A stretch of 64,000 bases of DNA from Candidatus Parcubacteria bacterium (GCA_018669975.1 JABHSK010000005.1:57123-121122); one strand, 5' to 3'; shown: positions 51,156 through 61,136, numbered from the stretch's first letter. Notes: generated by a model from the letters alone, not told the origin. Translations and numbers: made by a program.

Positions 51156-51827
51156 TTGAGAGCAAATGGAAAGATACCGCTGATAGCTAATCATGATGGA
51201 TTTATTTTTGATCTAGATATGACCCTAGTGGAGACTCACTTTATCAACTGTATTTATGTATCTATCTTGGCTACTATTCGAGAATTGGGTGGAATTATAC
51301 CTGATGTTGATTTAGCTAGAAAATTTTGGTACGGTTCTGTTCATAGGGATCAATGCATATTCAGGCAATTTGGTTTGGATCCTAAGTTGTTCTGGGCTAC
51401 TTTCCGGAAGTATGATACGCCAGAATTTCGTTTGGCTCATACTACGGTAGTTCCTGGAGCTCGAGAGGCATTATTGCTTCTTAAAACCAAAAGGAAAAAA
51501 GTGGCTATCATTACTGCCTCAGTGGCTCATATGGCTGAACCAGAGATTGAAATGCTTGAGTTTGATTTCGATGCACACTTTTCGGTGTCAGAATCACCAG
51601 ACTTCGAGCCCAAGCCCGACCCGCAGAGCCTTGAGCTTATGATGCAAACCTTGTCAGTGCAACCTGATCGTACGGTATATACTGGCGATAGTCATGAAGA
51701 TAATCGCTTTGCCAACAATGCCGGGGTCAAATTTGTTTACTATGATCGTAATAGGGGTATTGCTATGCCACACGAGCCTGACGCTACCTTTAATGACTGG
51801 AAACAATATCCAACTTTAGAAGTATAA
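51156..51827 (+). CDS. HAD-superfamily hydrolase (phosphoglycolate phosphatase-like)
   Basis: FDLDMTL, IIT, KPDP and GDSHED motifs; AAGGAGG SD plus TTG start. Confidence 0.9.
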   Translation: MRANGKIPLIANHDGFIFDLDMTLVETHFINCIYVSILATIRELGGIIPDVDLARKFWYGSVHRDQCIFRQFGLDPKLFWATFRKYDTPEFRLAHTTVVPGAREALLLLKTKRKKVAIITASVAHMAEPEIEMLEFDFDAHFSVSESPDFEPKPDPQSLELMMQTLSVQPDRTVYTGDSHEDNRFANNAGVKFVYYDRNRGIAMPHEPDATFNDWKQYPTLEV

Positions 51828-51903
51828 TTATTACCACCCTACACCATAGTGCAGGGTGGATTTTTTTGTTATACTGATTAAGGTGATTATTAATATAAAT
51901 TTT

Positions 51904-53415
51904 ATGGACAAAAAAGCTTTTAATAAATTATTATCAGGAAAAAAGTGTGTAGCCGTTGTTTGTAATCAGTGGGGTGACACCGGCAAGGGAAAATTTGTAG
52001 ACCTACTATCTTCTTGGGCAGATATCATTATTCGAGGAACTGGCGGAGCCAACGCTGGACACACAATAGTGGTTAATGGTCAGGAATTTATATTTCATTT
52101 AATACCCTCAGGTATTTTGCATGATACTGATGGTAAGGTGAATGTCTTAGGTAGGAGCGTAGCTTTTGATCCTAGGGTAGTAATAGAGGAGTTGGATGTT
52201 TTGGCAGATAATAATGTCAAAGTTAATAATCTTAAAATAAGTCATCAAGCGCCACTGATGTTACCTTGGCATATAATGATTGATAGGATTGGCGACAAAA
52301 AACAAAAGATAGGCACCACTGGACGTGGTATTGGTCCTTTGTATTCAGACTTTACAGCCCGTCATTCATTGTTCGTTAATGATATTTTTAATCGGGATGT
52401 ATTTAGAGAAAAGTTAGTTAAGTTTTTTGAAGACAAAAAAAGAATACTCTCAACCATAGATAAAGGTGTAGCTAAAGAGGTTTTAAATCATCCTCATTTA
52501 TGCAACGGGGCTTTCTTTGATGAGAAGGATATTTTAAATATTGACGCTATTGTAGATAAATATACTGGAGAGTTCGCCGATAGATTAAAATCTTATATTA
52601 TAGACTTGAGAGAGTATGTAGACCAAGCCTTGCAAGACAATAAGAATATTTTACTTGAGGGTGCTCAAGGCACATTGTTGAGTATAGATTATGGCACTAC
52701 CAAATATCAAACTTCATCTGATTGTACTATTGCAGGCTTAGCTAAGGGTAGTGGTCTCAAAGAACAACAAGTTGATTATGTGTTTGGTATTACCAAGGCT
52801 TTTTATATGACTAGAGTGGGCAACGGTCCTTTTCCAGCTGAATTTGGTGGCAGTCAAAGTGAGGAGTACTGCGCTAAGGGGATTACCAAAGATGAGGAAA
52901 AGGATAAGTATGCTAGTCAAATAGATAAACTAATGGAATCGGATGATGATTTTGAGATAGGGGTAGCAGTTCGTTTATTGGGCGGAGAGTATGGAGCAAC
53001 CACCGGACGTACTAGAAGGAATGGTTGGTTAGATTTAGTTGCTTTAAAGCACGCCGTAAAGATTAATGGTCATAATTTATCTTTAACCAAAGTTGATGTC
53101 CTAGATAAATTTAAACAAATAAAACTTTGTACTCATTATAAATATACTGGTCCAGATATTTTTTATGCTGGTAAAAATCTGAAGACAGGGGATACGATAG
53201 ATTTTTTTCCGCGTTTTTCCGAAATTTTATATCATTGTCAGCCAATCTATAAAGAGTTTCCAGGTTGGCAACAAGACATTACTAAAATAGAGAATTATAA
53301 AGATTTACCCAAAGCCATAAAAGATGTTGTTGATTTCATGGAGGAGTATGTTGGAGCGCAGGTAGACGTGATCTCTGTGGGTCCAGATCGAGAACAGACT
53401 ATTTTTAAAATATAA
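51904..53415 (+). CDS. purA: Adenylosuccinate synthetase
   Basis: QWGDTGKGK, GGANAGHT, IGTTGRGIGP, EGAQG, TRVG.GPF, GATTGR.RR.GW.D, TKVD and SVGP; start moved to ATG 51904. Confidence 0.93.
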   Translation: MDKKAFNKLLSGKKCVAVVCNQWGDTGKGKFVDLLSSWADIIIRGTGGANAGHTIVVNGQEFIFHLIPSGILHDTDGKVNVLGRSVAFDPRVVIEELDVLADNNVKVNNLKISHQAPLMLPWHIMIDRIGDKKQKIGTTGRGIGPLYSDFTARHSLFVNDIFNRDVFREKLVKFFEDKKRILSTIDKGVAKEVLNHPHLCNGAFFDEKDILNIDAIVDKYTGEFADRLKSYIIDLREYVDQALQDNKNILLEGAQGTLLSIDYGTTKYQTSSDCTIAGLAKGSGLKEQQVDYVFGITKAFYMTRVGNGPFPAEFGGSQSEEYCAKGITKDEEKDKYASQIDKLMESDDDFEIGVAVRLLGGEYGATTGRTRRNGWLDLVALKHAVKINGHNLSLTKVDVLDKFKQIKLCTHYKYTGPDIFYAGKNLKTGDTIDFFPRFSEILYHCQPIYKEFPGWQQDITKIENYKDLPKAIKDVVDFMEEYVGAQVDVISVGPDREQTIFKI

Positions 53416-53425
53416 CTTTTATTAA

Positions 53426-53456
53426 AAAACCGCCCCCACTCAGCGGGGGCGGTTTT
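53426..53456. terminator. Bidirectional terminator between purA and rpmB
   Basis: AAAACCGCCCCC-actcagc-GGGGGCGGTTTT. Confidence 0.85.
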
Positions 53457-53468
53457 GAGAACTCTATA

Positions 53469-53657
53469 TTAAACAGTAGTTTGTTTTTTTAGTTTATTCA
53501 AAGTCTTAATACAAGAGGTACAGATAGTCACTTTTTTGTTACCAATTTTTTTGGACTGCAAATTAACACCCATTTTTCTCTTAGTGGATATATTTGAGTG
53601 ACTGCGCCTATTACCAGATAGCGCTCTTTTATTACAGATTTCACAGATTTTAGCCAT
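53469..53657 (-). CDS. rpmB: 50S ribosomal protein bL28
   Basis: C..C.K....GN.RSHS...TKR...NLQ...C..C. Confidence 0.93.
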   Translation of the reverse strand: MAKICEICNKRALSGNRRSHSNISTKRKMGVNLQSKKIGNKKVTICTSCIKTLNKLKKQTTV

Positions 53658-53744
53658 GATGTTGATTTTTTGATTAATAAAAGTTATAATTTACCTTACT
53701 AACGTTAGATAAGGCTAACATAAAAAATAATTTTTGTAAAGACT

Positions 53745-54377
53745 ATGTTGATTAATATTTTGACAGAAAGCCCACAAATATTTTTGGTAGTTATACTCGC
53801 TATTATATACGCCCTGACAATTCATGAGTTTTCTCATGCTTGGGCAGCCACTCTTTTGGGGGATAGTACTGCTAAATTTAACGGACGATTGACTTTGAAT
53901 CCATTAGCTCATATGGAGATTTTTGGCACAATCATGTTATTTATAGCTGGTTTTGGTTGGGGTAAGCCAGTACCAGTGAATATTTATAATCTTAAATGGC
54001 GTCGTTGGGGTGGAGCAGTTGTGTCTTTAGCTGGCCCTTTATCTAATTTTATTAGTGTCTTTGTTTTTATACTAATATTTAGTGTTATTGCGCCGAATTT
54101 AGGGCCAAGTAATTTATTAGTTGTTTTCCTATCTTTTTTGATATTTATCAATCTTATTTTGGGCGTTTTTAATTTAATACCAATTCCGCCCCTAGATGGC
54201 TCTAAGATATTATTTGCTGCTTTACCAGGTCAATTTGATGAGTTTAAGCGTAAATTTACTATCAATGGCCCATTTGTATTAATAGCTTTGATAATTTTAG
54301 ACAATTTACTTAATTTGCATATTCTAGATACTATTTTTAGCTTTTTTGTAAGCATAATAGAGAGCTTCTTGTTCTAA
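53745..54377 (+). CDS. Site-2 protease family (M50) membrane metalloprotease
   Basis: HEFSH, AGPLSN and FNLIPIPPLDGS. Confidence 0.93.
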   Translation: MLINILTESPQIFLVVILAIIYALTIHEFSHAWAATLLGDSTAKFNGRLTLNPLAHMEIFGTIMLFIAGFGWGKPVPVNIYNLKWRRWGGAVVSLAGPLSNFISVFVFILIFSVIAPNLGPSNLLVVFLSFLIFINLILGVFNLIPIPPLDGSKILFAALPGQFDEFKRKFTINGPFVLIALIILDNLLNLHILDTIFSFFVSIIESFLF

Positions 54378-54425
54378 TATTAGTTAAAAATTAGTATATT
54401 TAACATAAAGGTTTGTCATTAGTCC

Positions 54426-54453
54426 TTGACAAATTTTTTATTTATGCTATAAT
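54426..54453 (+). promoter_or_regulatory. Sigma70 promoter of the 1-kb structured transcript
   Basis: TTGACA-16 nt-TATAAT with extended -10 TG. Confidence 0.8.
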
Positions 54454-54459
54454 GCGTAA

Positions 54460-55482
54460 TCAGTCTAAAGTTAGACAACCGAACATTTTTCAATCAAACA
54501 GACCCAAGTCGCGATAAACAACGAAGGAGTTGTTAATAGAATGCGGAGCGGAGCCGCTTAACTCCGTGCGTAGTCACCCTGGAACGGCCATCAAACGGCC
54601 ACATCTTTTAAGAATCAGGGAGGGATCAATGATCTATACGCATCCACCGTAGCTATGGCTTATTTTCACTAAAGCCTCACAACGTCCGATGAGGCGGTTT
54701 AAACCTCCGATAATTTTTATCAGCTTAAAAGCTGATAAATAACAACAAGTAATAACATCGGTTTAAACCTAGGACAGCCGTTTAGCCCTTAGAACATCTT
54801 GCGCCCACCGGTACTAAGTACCTGTTGGCCCAATTAGGGCTCGACACAACCACCCGGCCATCCTGCTGCCTAGCATGGAGGAGTCACCCGATGACGAACA
54901 TTCGGCTGATGCACATGCTGCCCTTACCATTCTATTAACCCTTAACTGATTTCTCCTTCGGCGCGGCTGCCAATTTCAACACTCCGGATTCATCGACGAG
55001 CGGAATCGCCGCAACGAGCGCACTCATTTTCTACGTGCTCATACGGCGCTTTCCGGCGACGGCACACATTGCCGCCTTGCCGGACCACCTTCCGCCACCA
55101 TTTCCGGAGACGCGACGTCTTGACACCCGAGAAGAGCTGGTGAAGCTGACCAGCACTTTGCTCGGCGTACCCGTGCCCTCATTACTTACCGCCAATCAGG
55201 CGGCATTTAATAGGGAGGCACTTGCCTCAAGACGTCCGACGGCAGCCGCGCCGTCTTTCTTACCAAAAACAAGACAGACAATCGACGAGGGTCAGTGCGA
55301 CCGACAAACAGTAGACCGGACTGAATTCGCCATACATCCCATTCCGATGGGATACGGAAAGCCTAGTGCTCTACCGGCGAGCGAACTTCCTGCTCCAGCT
55401 ATTGGACATCCGCTTTACTCGTTTCTCGAGTTGTGCGCCCGGGGGGTACCTACCACTTTTGTGGAAAGGGCCCTCTTTTTTT
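54460..55482 (+). ncRNA. Candidate large structured non-coding RNA (unknown family)
   Basis: Bounded by a promoter and a terminator; GC-enriched; nested long-range helices 54959-54971/55241-55253 (13 bp perfect) and 55114-55123/55227-55236 (10 bp perfect), plus many local hairpins. Confidence 0.65.
55441..55482 (+). terminator. Intrinsic terminator
   Basis: GGGGGGTACCT-a-CCAC-tttt-GTGG-aa-AGGGCCCTC followed by T7. Confidence 0.7.
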
Positions 55483-55587
55483 ATGTATAAACAGTCAAAT
55501 ACTTGACTTTAATATTTCTTTATGCTATTTTATCTACGACTTTAAAGCAGCTTTTTGCTTTAAATTATTTAATTTTATTGTTTAAAT

Positions 55588-56016
55588 ATGCCAACAGTAA
55601 ACCAATTATTGAAAAAACCTAGGAAGTCTCCTAAGAGAAAGAGTACTACCCCTGCCTTGAAGACTGTTTTGAATAGTTTGAAAAGGAGAAAGAAAGATCT
55701 ACAAAAAGGCGCACCATTCAAAAGAGGAGTGTGTTTGAAGGTTACTACAGTGACCCCAAAGAAACCTAATTCAGCTTTACGTAAAATTGCTAGGGTTAGA
55801 CTTTCTAATGGTATGGAAGTAACAGCCTATATTCCAGGTGAAGGACATAACTTGCAAGAGCATAGTATTGTTTTGATTCGTGGTGGTAGGGTAAAAGATC
55901 TTCCAGGTGTCAGATATCATGTAGTGCGTGGTGTCTATGATACTCAGGGAGTAGAAGGTAGAAAACGAGGCCGTTCACTGTATGGTACTAAAAAAGATAA
56001 AAAGGCTAGTAAATAA
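55588..56016 (+). CDS. rpsL: 30S ribosomal protein uS12
   Basis: [17 protein letters not shown] and [12 protein letters not shown]. Confidence 0.98.
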   Translation: MPTVNQLLKKPRKSPKRKSTTPALKTVLNSLKRRKKDLQKGAPFKRGVCLKVTTVTPKKPNSALRKIARVRLSNGMEVTAYIPGEGHNLQEHSIVLIRGGRVKDLPGVRYHVVRGVYDTQGVEGRKRGRSLYGTKKDKKASK

Positions 56017-56040
56017 TATTTTGATAAACTCAATATAAAT

Positions 56041-56505
56041 ATGAGAGGAAAAAAAGCACCAAAAAGAAAAATTGAGGCAGATCCAAAGTTTCAGAGAGTC
56101 GATATTGCCAAATTGATAAATAAAATTATGGAGCGTGGTAAAAAGACCATTGCTCAAAAAGTTGTCTATGGCGCTTTTGAATATATTTCAAGCAAGGCAA
56201 AGGAAGATCCTATTGAAACATTTGATGCAGCCATTAGAAATATTTCACCAAATTTGGAAGTTAAAGGTAAAAGAATTGGCGGCGCCAATTATCAAGTACC
56301 GATTGTAGTTATTGGTGATAGAAAGATGACCTTGGCTTATCGTTGGTTGATTGAAGCTGCTAAAGCTCGTAAGGGCGCTGCAATGTCAGTTAGACTTGGT
56401 GAAGAGTTGCTAGCCGCTGCTAAAGGTGAGGGTTCTGCTATGAAAAAACGTGAAGATGTACAAAGAATGGCTGAATCAAATAGAGCCTTTGCACACTTTG
56501 CATAA
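56041..56505 (+). CDS. rpsG: 30S ribosomal protein uS7
   Basis: GKK..AQ, RIGGANYQVP and MAESNRAFAH. Confidence 0.97.
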   Translation: MRGKKAPKRKIEADPKFQRVDIAKLINKIMERGKKTIAQKVVYGAFEYISSKAKEDPIETFDAAIRNISPNLEVKGKRIGGANYQVPIVVIGDRKMTLAYRWLIEAAKARKGAAMSVRLGEELLAAAKGEGSAMKKREDVQRMAESNRAFAHFA

Positions 56506-56514
56506 ACATATTTT

Positions 56515-57201
56515 ATGTCGAAAGCCTTTTCATTTGATAATATAGAAAATCAACCCGGGCAATTAGCCCAGGAAGTTTTAAGAAATAACATAGACTCTGC
56601 TTTAGACGATTACTCTGTGCTTTTAAAAAGACGTGTTGAAGGCCAGGTAGATGAGAAGCTAGAACAACAAATACAAGAACAACGTCAAAACCTAATCCAG
56701 CTTTCACAACAGCTTGATAGCCAGTTGGAGCTGGATGATGTATTTTTTGAGAGGGTAAGCGAGTTATTGGAAGTAGCAGATAAAGGAATAGAAATTGGTA
56801 GAAAAGAACTTCAAGATAGATCAGATGGCAAGAGTAATATTGAAGCAATCATTTCTGATATGAGGGAATACGCTAATCAGCTTGCTAGAATTGACGCACA
56901 ACTATTAAATGTAGATACAGATTCTACCGAATCAGAAGAGATCATTTTGGAACTCAAGACCATGATACGAGCAATGACTAGTATGGCAGGAGAAATACAA
57001 AGAGTGATTTTATCTCTAGAAAGAGAAGATAAGGCAGATTTGATTCGAAGACAAGTAAAGATAATGAATGATTTGGTGAGTGCGATTAAGCACTTTGATG
57101 AATTAGATAAAGATATAAATAAATTAAAGAAAATAAGAGAACATTTTTATAAACATTTTGATGAAGCAATATTCTTTTATGAAGAATTAAAAGATTTATA
57201 A
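56515..57201 (+). CDS. Hypothetical all-helical/coiled-coil protein between rpsG and fusA
   Basis: 228-aa ORF 9 nt after the rpsG stop; acidic, heptad-rich; no recognisable motif. Confidence 0.75.
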   Translation: MSKAFSFDNIENQPGQLAQEVLRNNIDSALDDYSVLLKRRVEGQVDEKLEQQIQEQRQNLIQLSQQLDSQLELDDVFFERVSELLEVADKGIEIGRKELQDRSDGKSNIEAIISDMREYANQLARIDAQLLNVDTDSTESEEIILELKTMIRAMTSMAGEIQRVILSLEREDKADLIRRQVKIMNDLVSAIKHFDELDKDINKLKKIREHFYKHFDEAIFFYEELKDL

Positions 57202-57233
57202 AAATAATATAATTAAAATTTTAGAAAAATAAT

Positions 57234-59330
57234 ATGCCCAGACAGTATCCATTAGGAAAAATTAGAAACATTGGCATCATTGCTCATATTGATGCTGGAA
57301 AAACTACCGTCACCGAACGTATCCTTTTTTATACTGGTAAAAAACATAAGATTGGTGAAGTCCACGAAGGTGAAGCTGAGATGGACTGGATGGAGCAGGA
57401 GAAAGAAAGAGGTATTACTATTACCTCAGCTGCTACTACTTGTTTTTGGGATCTACCAGATTGGTTAGGTGGTGACAAGGCTAACATTAATATTATTGAT
57501 ACCCCAGGCCACGTTGATTTTACTGTAGAGGTAGAGAGATCTTTACGTGTTTTAGATGGCGGTGTGATTGTTTTTGATGGTGTAGCTGGTGTAGAGCCAC
57601 AATCTGAAACTGTTTGGAGACAAGCTGATAAATACAATGTACCTAGAATAGCCTTTATCAACAAGATGGATAGAATGGGTGCAGATTTTTATTATGATTT
57701 AGATACTATTCACGAAAGATTAACTAAGATTGCTCATCCAATGCAGCTACCTATTGGTGCTGCTGAAACCTTTGAAGGTATTATTAATCTTTTGGAAAAA
57801 GAAGCTTGGTTTTATTTAGATGAAGATGGTAAGGAATTTGAAAAACGTGATATTCCAGAAGACTTGAAAGATAAAGTAGAAGAATATCGTGGTAAATTGA
57901 TTGAAGCCATTGTTGAAAATGATGAAGCTTTGATGGAAAAATATCTTGGCGGTGAAGAACCAGCTCTTGAAGATTTGAAAAAAGTTTTACGTAAGGCAGT
58001 GATCGATAATAAGATTGTACCTGTTTTTGTGGGCTCCGCACTTAAGAATAAAGGTGTGCAATTCTTGTTGGATGCTATTGTTGCTTATTTACCATCACCA
58101 CTTGATTTACCCGACATTGAAGGTACTGAGCCACGTAACGAAGAAAGTAAAGTTATTGTAAAAGCATCTGATGATGAACCGTTTACTGGTTTAGCTTTTA
58201 AAGTAGCTACCGATCCCTATGTTGGTAGATTAACTTTTGTCAGAGTTTATTCTGGCATTTTACAGTCAGGATCTTATGTTTATAATACTAACTCAGATAA
58301 GAAAGAAAGAATTGGTCGTATTTTAAGAATGCACGCTAATTCTCGTGAAGAAGTAAGTGAAGTGTATGCTGGTGATATTGTAGCCGTGGTTGGTCTTAAA
58401 AACACCACCACTGGTCATACGATAGTTGACCCAAGTCGACATGTTGTTTTGGAGAGTATGGAATTCCCTGATCCAGTTATTTTTGTGGCTGTTGAGCCAA
58501 AGACTAAACAAGATCAAGAAAAGATGGGACTAGCTTTGAGTAAGCTTACTGAAGAAGATCCTACCTTTACTGTCCGTACAGATGAAGAGACCAACCAGAC
58601 AATTATTGGTGGTATGGGAGAACTACACTTGGATATTATCATTGATCGTATGAAACGAGAGTTTTCTGTCGAAGCCAATGTTGGTGCTCCGCAGGTTGCT
58701 TTCAAAGAGACTATTGGAGTTCAGGCTGAAGCAGAAGGTAAATACGTCAAGCAGTCAGGTGGTCGTGGTCAATATGGTCATTGTTGGTTGAGGTTAGAGC
58801 CAATGGAAAGAGGTGCAGGTTTTGAATTTAGTGATGAAATCAAAGGCGGCTCTATTCCTAAAGAATATATTCCAGCTATTGAAAAAGGTATTAAGCAAAC
58901 AATGGCTAACGGAATTTTAGCTGGTTATCAAATTCAAGATGTTAGGGCTGTCGTTTACGATGGTAGTTATCATGAGGTTGATTCTTCTGAAGCAGCGTTT
59001 AAAGTAGCTGGTTCAATGGCTTTTAAAGCAGCCTTTAATAAAGCAAATCCTTCTGTCCTAGAACCGATTATGAAAGTAGAAGCTGTCACACCTGAACAAT
59101 ATATGGGTGACGTTATTGGTGATTTGAATTCTAAGAGAGGACAGGTTTCAGAAATGACAGATAGGGCTGGCGCTAAAGTTATTAATGCTGAAGTGCCACT
59201 TTCAGAGATGTTTGGCTATGCTACATCCCTTCGTTCTATGACGCAGGGTCGTGCTAGTTATTCTATGGAATTTGCCAAATATCAGGAAGTACCGAAGAGT
59301 GTAGAAGAAGAGTTGAAGAAGAAAGCGTAA
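57234..59330 (+). CDS. fusA: Elongation factor G
   Basis: [29 protein letters not shown] and [10 protein letters not shown]. Confidence 0.98.
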   Translation: MPRQYPLGKIRNIGIIAHIDAGKTTVTERILFYTGKKHKIGEVHEGEAEMDWMEQEKERGITITSAATTCFWDLPDWLGGDKANINIIDTPGHVDFTVEVERSLRVLDGGVIVFDGVAGVEPQSETVWRQADKYNVPRIAFINKMDRMGADFYYDLDTIHERLTKIAHPMQLPIGAAETFEGIINLLEKEAWFYLDEDGKEFEKRDIPEDLKDKVEEYRGKLIEAIVENDEALMEKYLGGEEPALEDLKKVLRKAVIDNKIVPVFVGSALKNKGVQFLLDAIVAYLPSPLDLPDIEGTEPRNEESKVIVKASDDEPFTGLAFKVATDPYVGRLTFVRVYSGILQSGSYVYNTNSDKKERIGRILRMHANSREEVSEVYAGDIVAVVGLKNTTTGHTIVDPSRHVVLESMEFPDPVIFVAVEPKTKQDQEKMGLALSKLTEEDPTFTVRTDEETNQTIIGGMGELHLDIIIDRMKREFSVEANVGAPQVAFKETIGVQAEAEGKYVKQSGGRGQYGHCWLRLEPMERGAGFEFSDEIKGGSIPKEYIPAIEKGIKQTMANGILAGYQIQDVRAVVYDGSYHEVDSSEAAFKVAGSMAFKAAFNKANPSVLEPIMKVEAVTPEQYMGDVIGDLNSKRGQVSEMTDRAGAKVINAEVPLSEMFGYATSLRSMTQGRASYSMEFAKYQEVPKSVEEELKKKA

Positions 59331-59400
59331 TTGTGATATAATATATAGAGCTGGTTTAGGCCAGTGTAATATATAAAATTTATTAGTAACACCCAGTAAA

Positions 59401-59595
59401 ATGCCACAAGGAAAAGTAAAGTGGTTCAATGACACCAAGGGTTTCGGTTTTATCGAACAAGATGATGGAGGTGCAGACCTCTTCGTTCACAAGACCGAAG
59501 TTGAAGGTGGTTCTTTGCAAGAAGGACAAGTTGTTGAATACGAAGTCGGCGAAGGTCCAAAAGGTCCTAACGCCACCAATGTAAAAGTTGCCTAA
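59401..59595 (+). CDS. Cold-shock domain protein
   Basis: GKVKWFN..KGFGFI, DLFVH and KGP.A.NV. Confidence 0.93.
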   Translation: MPQGKVKWFNDTKGFGFIEQDDGGADLFVHKTEVEGGSLQEGQVVEYEVGEGPKGPNATNVKVA

Positions 59596-59619
59596 AAACA
59601 ATTGATATATTGAAAAATT

Positions 59620-59686
59620 AAACCCCGCTTAGGCGGGGTTTTTTTGTTTATAAATAAAAACCCCACCGAATTGAATTCGGTGGGGA
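59620..59686. terminator. Back-to-back terminators for the cold-shock gene (+) and IMPase-like gene (-)
   Basis: AAACCCCGC-ttag-GCGGGGTTT plus T-run; A-run plus CCCCACCGAATT-g-AATTCGGTGGGG. Confidence 0.8.
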
Positions 59687-59693
59687 ATAAAGA

Positions 59694-60836
59694 TCAAACA
59701 ATCTGGACAGCAAAGCCCTGGTCTACCATGCCTCGCATCATTGTAACCGCTGGATCATTGTCAGCTGGGACAATGACAGTAGTATCCCTAAATTGACTGG
59801 GATAGTCATGGTTGTTTAGGAAGGTTAGCTTGAGACCAGTGTTAATAATCAGACCGGGATTATAGATGCTGTTTTGTAGCACCGGCGTTAGTAGTTTGCC
59901 AGCTCTTTTTTCGTGATACTCTCGATCACAGAATAGTTTGAAGGCCAACAATTTGCCAGCAGAGAAGAAGGCTACCGCGATATTAGGTAGACTTTCTTGA
60001 ATTTTCTCACCGCTGTGAGCAATGACACCGATATTACTGACAACTTCACGACTATCATCCAGTAGGTAGGCAAAGCGGAGCGGACCTATGGGTGATTTGA
60101 TGCCATTCTCCAAAGGGAAGAAGCGCAAATGAGTGCCACGACGATTATTGTCGTATTTACCTTTCTTGTTGTAGCAGAGCATGAGCAGTTTTTCCGTATC
60201 CTTGAAGCTGACGCGGGTGCTGAGCTTGGATTCATTGGTGATACGACGAATTGATCCGCAAAACACACCGCGTTCATAGGCCACAAAGACTTCACCAGTC
60301 AGTAGATTGAGAACGATAGCAAAACGAATCTGGTTGTCTTTGAGGAAAGTGACGGAAGCATTTGGTGCCTGTACGCGGGCTAGTGGTTTGCCGATACGTT
60401 TGAGTTCGGCGTCAAAAATTTGACCCATAGTCTGGCAAGAGTCACCAAATTCCTCGATCATTCTTTCTAGATGAGATGATCCATCTATTGGATCAGAGAT
60501 AATAATCGGAGTATTGGTTTCGATGCGACGGTCTTTGGGTACACGACCACGTTCTTCGGTGATGACTACACCTGATTGACGGTAGATGCGTTGGAAGAGG
60601 GAATAGTGACCAAAGCATTGTTCACCGCCAAGGCAGATGATATCTTCGGCTACCACATCAAACCAACGTGTGTCCTTTCCATCTTTACGGGAATAGAGTG
60701 TCTGAGTTTCAGCGTCCATTTCGCTGATGTGGCGGATAGCATCTTTGACAGATAGGCGACATAGCGTGTTGTACATTCGTCGCATAATAGTCAGGGAGCC
60801 ATTGAGCATCATGGTGTCTTTGTTGGGGGGAGCCAT
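59694..60836 (-). CDS. Divergent inositol-monophosphatase/FBPase (FIG) superfamily protein
   Basis: D..AE, ITEE and DPIDGS metal-binding motifs; GGAGG SD before ATG 60836. Confidence 0.65.
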   Translation of the reverse strand: MAPPNKDTMMLNGSLTIMRRMYNTLCRLSVKDAIRHISEMDAETQTLYSRKDGKDTRWFDVVAEDIICLGGEQCFGHYSLFQRIYRQSGVVITEERGRVPKDRRIETNTPIIISDPIDGSSHLERMIEEFGDSCQTMGQIFDAELKRIGKPLARVQAPNASVTFLKDNQIRFAIVLNLLTGEVFVAYERGVFCGSIRRITNESKLSTRVSFKDTEKLLMLCYNKKGKYDNNRRGTHLRFFPLENGIKSPIGPLRFAYLLDDSREVVSNIGVIAHSGEKIQESLPNIAVAFFSAGKLLAFKLFCDREYHEKRAGKLLTPVLQNSIYNPGLIINTGLKLTFLNNHDYPSQFRDTTVIVPADNDPAVTMMRGMVDQGFAVQIV

Positions 60837-60968
60837 TTTATTACCTCCGGCTCGGGTGATTGTTTGTGGGTTGTGAAGGTTCGATTGATAAATTTTTAAC
60901 ATAAATACATACTCTGGTCAAACCAGGAAAAATAAAATACCTACACTGCAAGTGTAGGTATCAGGTTG

Positions 60969-61136
60969 TTAGTCTTTTTTTGTTTCATTGGCGATAGTCT
61001 CATGTTCGCCGTCCAGTTTACGAATTTTCGTCTCAATGTCCATGACTAGACAATCCCAGAGTGAGATACCAAATGGGTCTGCCTGCAGAGCAGTGATAGT
61101 TTCGGGTTCAAGCCCGCCACGTACGATTTGGCACAT
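60969..61136 (-). CDS. Small hypothetical protein, 55 aa (not in the supplied ORF track)
   Basis: AAGGGAG SD, then MCQIVRGGLEPETITALQADPFGISLWDCLVMDIETKIRKLDGEHETIANETKKD*; own TTGACA-17-TATTTT promoter (61213-61185) and terminator ATACCTACAC/GTGTAGGTAT (~60937-60961). Confidence 0.55.
   Translation of the reverse strand: MCQIVRGGLEPETITALQADPFGISLWDCLVMDIETKIRKLDGEHETIANETKKD

Noticed and set aside
51904-53415. PurZ (2-aminoadenine pathway) instead of PurA
   Set aside because: The catalytic Asp in GD.GKG is retained (PurZ has Ser) and there is no phage context.
54460-55482. RNase P RNA, tmRNA, SRP RNA or group I/II intron identity for the long RNAs (also 48796-49655)
   Set aside because: No GAGGAAAGUCC/P4 motif, no tRNA-like ends with a tag ORF, no SRP GGAA-loop domain and no group II domain V found by eye.
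55035-55490. 151-aa ORF inside the 1-kb GC-rich region
   Set aside because: No SD, GTG start, Pro/Arg/Ala-rich composition unlike the genome's proteins, and it runs through the terminator; best explained as a chance ORF in structured RNA.
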